64,000 bases of DNA from Eledone cirrhosa (lineage: Eukaryota). The notes beneath the pieces are model-generated. The model searched no databases and was not told the origin of the DNA. It saw nothing but the letters and a program-made list of their open reading frames with translations. Positions 24,399 through 37,510 of this stretch are shown here, in pieces; position 1 is the stretch's first letter; every line of letters begins with the position of its first letter. The stretch is from contig OZ024745.1 of NCBI GenBank assembly GCA_964016885.1, positions 75,020,001-75,084,000 of the forward strand, given 5' to 3'. The position numbers were made by a program, and so were the translations under genes.

Positions 24399-26741
24399 AA
24401 GCAGGCTTGGAAAGTATGGCGGGATGGGGGAAGTAGAGAAGACTATCAAGTGGCCAGGAGACAAGTAAACTTCGCAAGAAGGCATGTTCTACAACGCGAG
24501 GACCAAAAACGTGGTGTTCAGGATTGCTAGGTAATGTGTCAAGGAAAACCGTGATATTGTTGGGGAGAAGTGTGTCCTTAATGATGATGGTGTAATTGCC
24601 ATCACTGACGCTGATAAGAAGGTAGCTTGGAAGTGTCACTATGAAAGGCTACTAAATGAGGAGAATAAATGGGAGAAAGAGTCTCCCCCAAATCGATTCA
24701 ATAGAGGGACCAGCAGTGCTAGTTGAAGGTAGTATAATAAGTAAAGCAATCAAAGATATGAAGACTGGTAAGGCGGCTGGGCCTTCGGAAATAGTTGCTG
24801 AAATGCTGAAAGCATCTGGAACGGTGGGACACTATAGTCACCCGGATAGTAAACCAAGTCATACAGAATGGGGCCGTTCCGAAGGACTGGCGTAGCAGCA
24901 GCATCATTAACTGCTACAAGGGTAAAGGAAATGCCCTAGATAGGGGTAACTATAGAGGCATTAAATTAATCGACCAGGTCATGAAGGTCACAGAAAAAGT
25001 AATAGCGCAACTAATCAGAGAACGAATTGATCTCGATGAAATGCAGTTCGGGTTTGTGTCAGGTAAAAGTACCACAGACGCTCTTTCCATTGTACGACAA
25101 CTACAGGAGAAGTACCTAGCTAAAAGTAAACCCCTGTACTTAGCTTTTGTTGACTTGGAGAAAGCCTTTGACAGAGTCCCCCGTTCCATTATCTGGTGGG
25201 CTCTTAGAAAACTAGGTGTTGATGAATGGCTTGTGAAAGCTATACCAGCCATGTATAAAAAAACAGTCAGCACGGTTAGAATTAACAACGAATATAGTGA
25301 AGAGTTTAGCGTAAAAGTTGGTGTACATCAGGGCTCTGATCTTAGCCCCCTACTATTTATTATTGCCCTTCAGGCTATAACAGAGGAGTTCAAGATTGGT
25401 GCACATGGGAACTCCTATATGCAGATGATCTAACGCTCATAGCTAAATCAATGGCTGAACTAGAGAAGAAATTCCAAACATGGAAGCATGGCCTAAAATT
25501 AAAAGCCTTAAAGTTAACTTGTCTAAGACTAAAGTTCTAGTTTGTAGGAAGGAAAATAGGGCACCGGTCCCATCTGGGAAATGGCCATGCTCAGTGTGTA
25601 GGAAAGGAGTAGGCAGAAACTCCATTTTATGTCCCAAATGCAAAGTATGGGTGCATAAAACATGTAGTGGGATCACAGGTAAGCTAACTAAGAATATAGA
25701 TTTTATATGTGGCCGGTGCTCTGGTGCAATAAGTAGCAGCAAGTGCCCACAGAATACTAGCTCATTCCATTGCACAGATGGTTCTATAGAAATAGTGGAC
25801 ACCTTCCGTTACCTGGGTGACAAAATCAGCAGTGGGGGAGGGTGCTCTGAAAGTACAGTAGCTAGAGTCTGAACGGGATGGGAAAAGTTCAGGGAGCTTA
25901 TACCACTATTGGGGTTCTCTCTAAAAATGAAAGGCAGGCTGTATGATGCATACGAACAGCAATGTTACATGGCAGTGAGACCTGGGCATTGTGTGCAGAG
26001 GATATACGCAGACTGGAGAAGAACGAAGCTTGCATGCTCCGCTGGATGTGTAATAGTAATATACGTGAACGGCAAAGCATAAACGAACTAAGGGAGAAAT
26101 TAGGAATAAGAGGGATCAGATGTTGTTTACTCGAGAGAAGACTACGTTGGTACGGTCACGTGATACGCATGAAAGACGACAGCTGTATAAAAAAGTGCAG
26201 GGCGATAAAAATAGACGGTAGCCACGGAGTAGGCAGACCCAGAAAAACCTGGGACGACTTGATAAATTCCGACCTCACACACTTATACCTCTCCAAGACA
26301 ATGTCACTCGACCAAGATCTTTGGCGCTACACAGTAATACAGAAGCCCCACCTTGCCTAAGTACAAAGCGAAACCTACAGTCAGTAGGCACCTCTGTCTC
26401 ACTACCCCCACCCCATCCACACCACCCTCTTAAATGTGAAGTTATGTTGGTACCACAACATCCAGTCCGAAACAAATGAGGGCGTGTAGGTATCACGACA
26501 AAAAGACACACAGTCCATGCTGTAATGTGGCCGTGTAGGTAACACGGTAAAAACCTCCCAGTCCACACTGTAAACGTGGTTGGTGTTAGGAAGGGCATCC
26601 AGCCGTAGAAAACCCGCCAGACAGTGCTATACGAGCAGGACGACCAATCTTGCCTCAAGTGGGAAAACTCCCGTCCAAACCCATGCAAGATTGTGGAAGA
26701 TGGACGTTAAACTATGATGATGATGATGATGATGATGATGA
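24399..26741 (+). mobile_element. RTE-clade LINE, 5'-truncated, with frameshifts, 3' UTR and (GAT)n tail
   Basis: KAAGPS, NYRGIKL, MQFGF, FVDLEKAFD, GVHQGS, YADD, Cys/His finger, [15 protein letters not shown]. Confidence 0.95.
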
Positions 26742-26915
26742 TACTTGAGCTGTTTAGTGCACAATTATATATTTTTACATATATATATATATATATACAC
26801 GCACACACACACACACATAAGTATATATACATATATATAGGTTAAGTTATGTATATTAATCTTTTATGACTTAGTTCATTGCGGGGACAACAAACGACAG
26901 TTTAAGTTTCTGGTA

Positions 26916-26921
26916 TTTATT
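26916..26921 (-). terminator. Candidate DDX10 polyadenylation signal
   Basis: tttatt on + (AATAAA on -) about 110 nt after the stop codon. Confidence 0.4.
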
Positions 26922-27029
26922 TAAGTTCCCTTCCCCACTTCTTCCCATATATCGATGTTTGTTTCTTCATAGTTAAGTCTGAACTGTTCAACAGAAGGAG
27001 TATTTCAATTCTGACTTTACTTAAAATGG

Positions 27030-27168
27030 CTAACTTTGATGCAGTAACTTCAGAACAAGGTCTTCTTTGTCTTTGAGAGTCAATCCGTCTTGATTGTAAT
27101 CATCAGAGTTGTCACTCTCATCTGAAGGCGCCTTCTTCATTCGTTTACGTTTAGGTGGAGGACTAGAG
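27030..27168 (-). CDS. DDX10: DDX10 terminal exon
   Basis: [12 protein letters not shown]...[22 protein letters not shown] at 27032-27030. Confidence 0.92.
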
Positions 27169-30100
27169 CTGAAAAATAAAATGGGGGGGAAAAATGCAAC
27201 TTCATTCAAGCTTTTAATTTAAACATTAACTGAAAAAGAATTTTTCAATGGTCTTGACAAACATTCTTTTATATAGAAACAAGCAATGATATAAAAGCAG
27301 TCCTATATAATAGTACCTACATAGTGGGAAAAGTAATAGCAATGATATAGAAGTAGTGTTACATAATAGTAACCTACATAATGGGACTAGTAATAGCAAT
27401 GATCTAGAGGTAGTGTTACATAATAGTACCTACATAGTGGGACTAGTAATAGCAATGATATAGAGGTAGTGTTACATAATAGTACCTACATAGTGGGACT
27501 AGTAATAGCAATGATATAGAGGTAGTGTTACATAATAGTACCTACATAGTGGGACTAGTAATAGCAATGATCTAGAGGTAGTGTTACATAATAGTAACCT
27601 ACATAGTGGGACTAGTAATAGCAATGATATAGAGGTAGTGTTACATAATAGTACCTACATAGTGGGACTAGTAATAGCAATGATATAGAGGTAGTGTTAC
27701 ATAATAGTACCTACATAGTAAGACTAGTAATAGCAATGATATAGAGGTAGTGTTACATAATAGTACCTACATAGTGGGACTAGTAATAGCAATGATATAG
27801 AGGTAGTCTTACATAATAGTACCTACATAGTGGGACTAGTAATAGCAATGATCTAGAGGTAGTGTTACATAATAGTAACCTACATAGTGGGACTAGTAAT
27901 AGCAATGATATAGAGGTAGTGTTACATAATAGTACCTACATAGTGGGACTAGTAATAGCAATGATATAGAGGTAGTGTTACATAATAGTAACCTACATAG
28001 TGGGACTAGTAATAGCAATGATATAGAGGTAGTGTTACATAATAGTACCTACATAGTGGGACTAGTAATAGCAATGATATAGAGGCAGTGTTACATAATA
28101 GTAACCTACATAGTGGGACTAGTAATAGCAATGATATAGAAGTAGTGTTACATAATAGTACCTACATAGTGGGACTAGTAATAGCAATGATATAGAGGTA
28201 GTGTTACATAATAATACCTACATAATGGGACTAGTAATAGCAATGATATAGAAGTAGTGTTACATAATAGTACCTACATAGTGGGACTAGTAATAGCAAT
28301 GATATAGAAGTAGTGTTACATAATAGTACCTACATAGTGGGACTAGTAATAGCAATGATATAGAGGTAGTGTTACATAATAGTACCTACATAGTGGGACT
28401 AGTAATAGCAATGATATAGAGGTAGTGTTACATAATAGTACCTACAACCTACATAGTGGAACTAGTAATAGCAATGATATAGAGGTAGTGTTACGCAATG
28501 ATATAGAGGTAGTGTTACATAATAGTAACCTACAACCTACATAGTGGGACTAGTAATAGCAATGATATAGAGGTAGTGTTACATAATAGTACCTACAGAG
28601 TGGGACTAGTAATAGCAATGATATAGAGGTAGTGTTACATAATAGTACCTACATAGTGGGACTAGTAATAGCAATGATATAGAGGTAGTGTTACATAATA
28701 GTAACCTACAACCTACACAGTGGGACTAGTAATAGCAATGATATAGAAGTAGTGTTACATAATAGTACCTACATAGTGGGACTAGTAATAGCAATGATAT
28801 AGAGGTAGTGTTACATAATAGTAACCTACATAGTGGGACTAGTAATAGCAATGATATAGAGGCAGTGTTACATAATAGTAACCTACATAGTGGAACTAGT
28901 AATAGCAATGATATAGAAGTAGTGTTACATAATAGTACCTACATAGTGGGACTAGTAATAGCAATCATATCGAGGTAGTGTTACATAATAGTACCTACAT
29001 AGTGGGACTAGTAATAGCAATGATATAGAGGTAGTGTTACATAATAGTACCTACATAGTAAGACTAGTAATAGCAATGATATAGAGGTAGTGTTACATAA
29101 TAGTACCTACATAGTGGGACTAGTAATAGCAATGATATAGAGGTAGTCTTACATAATAGTACCTACATAGTGGGACTAGTAATAGCAATGATCTAGAGGT
29201 AGTGTTACATAATAGTAACCTACATAGTGGGACTAGTAATAGCAATGATATAGAGGTAGTGTTACATAATAGTACCTACATAGTGGGACTAGTAATAGCA
29301 ATGATATAGAGGTAGTGTTACATAATAGTAACCTACATAGTGGGACTAGTAATAGCAACGATATAGAGGTAGTGTTACATAATAGTACCTACATAGTGGG
29401 ACTAGTAATAGCAATGATATAGAGGCAGTGTTACATAATAGTAACCTACATAGTGGGACTAGTAATAGCAATGATATAGAAGTAGTGTTACATAATAGTA
29501 CCTACATAGTGGGACTAGTAATAGCAATGATATAGAGGTAGTGTTACATAATAATACCTACATAATGGGACTAGTAATAGCAATGATATAGAAGTAGTGT
29601 TACATAATAGTACCTACATAGTGGGACTAGTAATAGCAATGATATAGAAGTAGTGTTACATAATAGTACCTACATAGTGGGACTAGTAATAGCAATGATA
29701 TAGAGGTAGTGTTACATAATAGTACCTACATAGTGGGACTAGTAATAGCAATGATATAGAGGTAGTGTTACATAATAGTACCTACAACCTACATAGTGGA
29801 ACTAGTAATAGCAATGATATAGAGGTAGTGTTACGCAATGATATAGAGGTAGTGTTACATAATAGTACCTACATAGTGGGACTAGTAATAGCAATGATAT
29901 AGAGGTAGTGTTACATAATAGTAACCTACAACCTACACAGTGGGACTAGTAATAGCAATGATATAGAAGTAGTGTTACATAATAGTACCTACATAGTGGG
30001 ACTAGTAATAGCAATGATATAGAGGTAGTGTTACATAATAGTAACCTACATAGTGGGACTAGTAATAGCAATGATATAGAGGCAGTGTTACATAATAGTA

Positions 30101-33100
30101 ACCTACATAGTGGAACTAGTAATAGCAATGATATAGAAGTAGTGTTACATAATAGTACCTACATAGTGGGACTAGTAATAGCAATCATATCGAGGTAGTG
30201 TTACATAATAGTACCTACATAGTGGGACTAGTAATAGCAATGATATAGAAGTAGTGTTACATAATAGTACCTACATAGTGGGACTAGTAATAGCAATGAT
30301 ATAGAGGTAGTGTTACATAATAGTAACCTACAACCTACATAGTGGGACTAGTAATAGCAATGATATAGAGGTAGTGTTACATAATAGTACCTACATAGTG
30401 GGACTAGTAACAGCAATGATATAGAGGTAGTGTTACATAATAGTACCTACATAGTGGGACTAGTAATAACAATGATATAGAGGTAGTGTTACATAATAGT
30501 ACCTACAGAGTGGGACTAGTAATAGCAATGATATAGAAGTACTGTTACATAATAGTACCTACATAGTGGGACTAGTAATAGCAATGATATAGAGGTAGTG
30601 TTACATAATAGTACCTACATAGTGGGACTAGTAATAGCAATGATATAGAGGTAGTGTTACATAATAGTACCTACATAGTGGGACTAGTAATAGCAATGAT
30701 ATAGAGGCAGTGTTACATAATAGTAACCTACACAGTGGGACTAGTAATAGCAATGATATAGAGGTAGTGTTACATAATAGTACCTACATAGTGGGACTAG
30801 TAATAGCAATGATATATAGGTAGTGTTACATAATAGTACCTACATAGTGGGACTAGTAATAGCAATGATATAGAGGTAGTGTTACATAATAGTACCTACA
30901 TAGTGGGACTAGTAATAGCAATGATATAGAGGTAGTGTTACATAATAGTACCTACATAGTGGGACTAGTAATAGCAATGATATAGAAGTACTGTTACATA
31001 ATAGTACCTACATAGTGGGACTAGTAATAGCAATGATATAGAGGTAGTGTTACATAATAGTACCTACATAGTGGGACTAGTAATAGCAATGATATAGAGG
31101 TAGTGTTACATAATAGTACCTACATAGTGGGACTAGTAATAGCAATGATATAGAGGCAGTGTTACATAATAGTAACCTACACAGTGGGACTAGTAATAGC
31201 AATGATATAGAGGTAGTGTTACATAATAGTACCTACATAGTGGGACTAGTAATAGCAATGATATATAGGTAGTGTTACATAATAGTACCTACATAGTGGG
31301 ACTAGTAATAGCAATGATATAGAGGTAGTGTTACATAATAGTACCTACAGAGTGGGACTAGTAATAGCAATGATATAGAGGTAGTGTTACATAATAGTAC
31401 CTACATAGTGGGACTAGTAATAGCAATGATATAGAGGTAGTGTTACATAATAGTAACCTACAACCTACATAGTGGGACTAGTAATAGCAATGATATAGAG
31501 GTAGTGTTACATAATAGTACCTACATAGTGGGACTAGTAATAGCAATGATATAGAGGTAGTGTTACATAATAGTACCTACATAGTGGAACTAGTAATAGC
31601 AATGATATAGAGGTAGTGTTACATAATAGTACCTACATAGTGGGACTAGTAATAGCAATGATATAGAGGTAGTGTTACATAATAGTAACCTACAACCTAC
31701 ATAGTGGGACTAGTAACAGCAATGATATAGAGGTAGTGTTACATAATAGTAACCTACATAGTGGGACTAGTAATAGCAATGATATAGAGGCAGTGTTACA
31801 TAATAGTAACCTACATAGAGGGACTAGTAATAGCAATGATATAGAGGCAGTGTTACATAATAGTAACCTACATAGTGGGACTAGTAACAGCAATGATATA
31901 GAAGTAGTGTTACATAATAGTACCTACATAGTGGGACTAGTAATAGCAATGATATAGAGTAGTGTTACATAATAGTACCTACATAGTGGGACTAGTAATA
32001 GCAATGATATAGAGGTAGTGTTACATAATAGTACCTACATAGTGGGACTAGTAATAGCAATGATATAGAGGTAGTGTTACATAATAGTACCTACATAGTG
32101 GGACTAGTAATAGCAATGATATAGAGGTAGTGTTACATAATAGTACCTACAGAGTGGGACTAGTAATAGCAATGATATAGAGGTAGTGTTACATAATAGT
32201 ACCTACATAGTGGGACTAGTAATAGCAATGATATAGAGGTAGTGTTACATAATAGTAACCTACAACCTACATAGTGGGACTAGTAATAGCAATGATATAG
32301 AGGTAGTGTTACATAATAGTACCTACATAGTGGGACTAGTAATAGCAATGATATAGAAGTAGTGTTACATAATAGTACCTACATAGTGGGACTAGTAATA
32401 GCAATGATATAGAGGTAGTGTTACATAATAGTAACCTACATAGTTGGACTAGTAATAGCAATGATATAGAGGCAGTGTTACATAATAGTAACCTACATAG
32501 TGGGACTAGTAATAGCAATGATATAGAGGCAGTGTTACATAATAGTAACCTACATAGTGGGACTAGTAACAGCAATGATATAGAAGTAGTGTTACATAAT
32601 AGTACCTACATAGTGGGACTAGTAATAGCAATGATATAGAGTAGTGTTACATAATAGTACCTACATAGTGGGACTAGTAATAGCAATGATATAGAGGTAG
32701 TGTTACATAATAGTACCTACATAGTGGGACTAGTAATAGCAATGATATAGAGGTAGTGTTACATAATAGTACCTACATAGTGGGACTAGTAATAGCAATG
32801 ATATAGAGGCAGTGTTACATAATAGTAACCTACATAGTGGGACTAGTAACAGCAATGATATATAGTGTTACATAATAGTACCTACATAGTGGGACTAGTA
32901 ATAGCAATGATATAGAGGTAGTGTTACATAATAGTACCTACAGAGTGGGACTAGTAATAGCAATGATATAGAGGTAGTGTTACATAATAGTACCTACATA
33001 GTGGGACTAGTAATAACAATGATATAGAGGTAGTGTTACATAATAGTACCTACATAGTGGGACTAGTAATAGCAATGATATAGAGGTAGTGTTACATAAT

Positions 33101-36100
33101 AGTACCTACATAGTGGGACTAGTAATAGCAATGATATAGAGGTAGTGTTACATAATAGTACCTACATAGTGGGACTAGTAATAGCAATGATATAGAGGTA
33201 GTGTTGCATAATAGTACTTACATAGTGGGACTAGTAATAGCAATGATATAGAAGTAGTGTTACATAATAGTACCTACATAGTGGGACTAGTAATAACAAT
33301 GATATATAGGTAGTGTTACATAATAGTACCTACATAGTGGGACTAGTAATAGCAATGATATAGAGGTAGTGTTACATAATAGTACTTACAGAGTGGGACT
33401 AGTAATAGCAATGATATAGAGGTAGTGTTACATAATAGTAACCTACAACCTACATAGTGGGACTAGTAATAGCAATGATATAGAGGTAGTGTTACATAAT
33501 AGTACCTACAGAGTGGGACTAGTAATAGCAATGATATAGAGGTAGTGTTACATAATAGTAACCTACAACCTACATAGTGGGACTAGTAATAGCAATGATA
33601 TAGAGGTAGTGTTACATAATAGTAACCTACAACCTACATAGTGGGACTAGTAATAGCAATGATATAGAGGTAGTGTTACATAATAGTACCTACATAGTGG
33701 GACTAGTAACAGCAATGATATAGAGGTAGTGTGACATAATAGTAACCTACATAGTGGGACTAGTAATAGCAATGATATAAAGGTAGTGTTACATAATAGT
33801 ACCTACATAGTGGGACTAGTAATAGCAATGATATAGAGGTAGTGTTACATAATAGTACCTACATAGTGGGACTAGTAATAGCAATCATATCGAGGTAGTG
33901 TTACATAATAGTAACCTACAACCTACATAGTGGGACTAGTAATAGCAATGATATAGAAGTAGTGTTACATAATAGTACCTACATAGTGGGACTAGTAATA
34001 GCAATGATATAGAGGTAGTGTTACATAATAGTACCTACATAGTGGGACTAGTAATAGCAATGATATAGAGGTAGTGTTACATAATAGTACCTACATAGTG
34101 GGACTAGTAATAGCAATGATATAGAGGTAGTGTTACATAATAGTACCTACATAGTGGGACTAGTAATAGCAATGATATAGAGGCAGTGTTATATAATAGT
34201 ACCTACATAGTGGGACTAGTAATAGCAATGATATAGAGGTAGTGTTACATAATAGTCACCTACATAGTGGGACTAGTAATAGCAATGATATAGAGGTAGT
34301 GTTACATAATAGTACCTACATAGTGGGAGTAGTAATAGCAATGATCTAGAGGTAGTGTTACATAATAGAAACCTACATAGTGGGACTAGTAATAACAATG
34401 ATATAGAGGTAGTGTTACATAATAGTACCTACATAGTGGGACTAGTAATAACAATGATATAGAGGTAGTGTTACATAATAGTACCTACATAGTGGGACTA
34501 GTAATAGCAATGATATAGAGGTAGTGTTACATAATAGTACCTACATAGTGGGACTAGTAATAGCAATGATATAGAGGTAGTGTTACATAATAGTACCTAC
34601 ATAGTGGGACTAGTAATAGCAATGATATAGAGGCAGTGTTACATAATAGTAACCTACACAGTGGGACTAGTAATAGCAATGATATAGAGGTAGTGTTACA
34701 TAATAGTACCTACATAGTGGGACTAGTAATAGAGGTAGTACTACATAATAGTATTGATAATAGCAATGATATAAAGTGAAACAAACCAAACGTTGTCGTC
34801 ATCAGATTCATTAGAACTCTCATCTTGGGAATATTTCATATTAGTCTCATTTTCAGGTCCATCAGAATCAGAATTATCAAGAGGTTCTTCATCACTGGCA
34901 GTTCGTAGAACAACGGAACGTTGATTCTTCTAGCAAGATTAAAGACAAATAACGTTTATAACAAGAATAACAATAATGATTATTTTTCTAACATAGACAC
35001 AAGGTCATAAATTTGATGGGAAAGATTTAGTTAATTAAATCGACCCTACTACATGACTGGTACTCTATTTTTTATTAACCATGAAATAGATATTAAATGA
35101 TGATATATATATATATCATCATCATCATCATCATCGTTTAACGTCCGTGTTCCATTCTTGCATGGGTTTGGACGGGAGTTTTCCCACTTGAGGCAAGAGT
35201 GGTTGTCTTGCTCGCATAGGACTGTCTGGCGGGTTTTCTACAGTTGGATGCCCTTCCTAACACCAACCACATTTACAGTGTGGGGCTGGGAGGTTTTTAC
35301 CGTGTTGCCTACACGGCCACATTACAGCGTGGACTGTCTGGCAGGTTTTCTACAGCTGGATGCCCTTCCTAACACCAACCACATTTACAGTGTGGGACTG
35401 GGACGTTTTTACCGTGTTGCCTACACGGTCACATTACAGCGTGGACTGTGTGTTTTTTTTCGTGACACCTACACGATCTCATTTGTTTCGGCCTGGATTT
35501 TGTGGCACCAACATAACTTTACATTGAAAGGGGCGGTGTGGATGGGGTGGAGGTGGTGGGACGGGGTGTATTTTGTTAGAGATGCCTACTGACTGTAGTA
35601 GGTTTTACTTTGTATTTAGGTAACGCGGGTCTTCTCTGTTACTGAGTACCGCCAAAGGTCTCGGTCCAGTGACATTGTCTTGGAGAGCTGTAAGTGTGTG
35701 AGGTCGGAATTTATCAGCTCGTCCCAGGTTTTTCTGGGTCTGCCTACTTCGTGGCTACCATCTATCTTTATTGCCCTGCACTTTGTTATACAGCTGTCGT
35801 CTTTCATGCGCATCACGTGACCATACCAACGTAGCCTTCTCTCGAGTAAACAACATCTGATACCTCTTATTTCTAATTTTTTCCTTAGTTCATTTATGCT
35901 TTGCCGTTCGCGTATATTACTACATACATATATATATATATGTATATACATACATACATACATACACACATATATATATATATATACATACATACATACA
36001 CACACATATATATATATATACATACATACATACACACACATATATATACATACATACATACACATATATATATACATATATATACATATATATATATACA

Positions 36101-36131
36101 TACATACACATATATATATACATATATACAT

Positions 36132-36162
<31 letters not shown>

Positions 36163-36169
36163 CATACAT

Positions 36170-36203
<34 letters not shown>

Positions 36204-37479
36204 ACACACATATATACATACATACACACATATATATATATACATACACACATATATATATATACACACATATATATATATACATACACACATATATAAT
36301 ATATACACTACACATATATATATAAAACATACATACACACATATATATAATACATACAACACACTATATATATATACAAACATACACATATATATATTAC
36401 ATACTAAAACATATACACATAATATATATCATACATAAACACATAAATATATACAATACACACATATAATATATATACAACATACATACACACATATATA
36501 TATATATACAACACATACACCATAAAATATATACATACATACCACAATATATATAATACTACATACTACACATATTAATATATATACATACATACACAAT
36601 ATATATATATATAATACATACATACAACACATATATATATAATATACATCTACACACTCATATACTAATATACATCCATACAATATATATTATATATACA
36701 TACATACATACACACATAATATATATAAACATACATACACACACATATTACTATATATACATACATACATACATATATATACTATATACAATTACTAACA
36801 TACCCAAATATATATACATACATAAATATACTATATACATCATTAATATATATACATATCATACATACACATATATATATATATATATTATATATACATA
36901 CACAATCATATAAATATAATCTATATATAATACAACACATATATACATACATACCACACATATATATATATACATACACACATATATATATATACATACA
37001 CATATATATATATACATACACATATATATATATACATACATACACACATATATATATACATACATACACACATATATATATATACATACATACACACATA
37101 TATATATATATATACATACATACACACATATATATATATACATACATACACACATATATATATACATACACACACATATATATATATACATACATACATA
37201 CACACATATATATATATATACATACAGACACACATATATATATATACATACATACACACATATATATATATATATACATACATACACACATATTTATATA
37301 TATATATACATACATACACACATATATATATATATATATACATACATACATACACATATATATATATATATACATACATACACATATATATATATATACA
37401 TACATACATACACATATATATATATATACATACATACATACACACATATATATATATACATACATACACACACATATAT

Positions 37480-37510
<31 letters not shown>

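Noticed and set aside
27283-34776. CRISPR-like array, or coding ORFs ([15 protein letters not shown]...) in the satellite
   Set aside because: No unique spacers and no cas genes; the ORFs arise from runs of 57-bp variants
27283-34776. TAG|GT in each unit on the DDX10 strand as recursive splice sites
   Set aside because: No polypyrimidine tract and a poor donor (gtacta); no support from sequence alone
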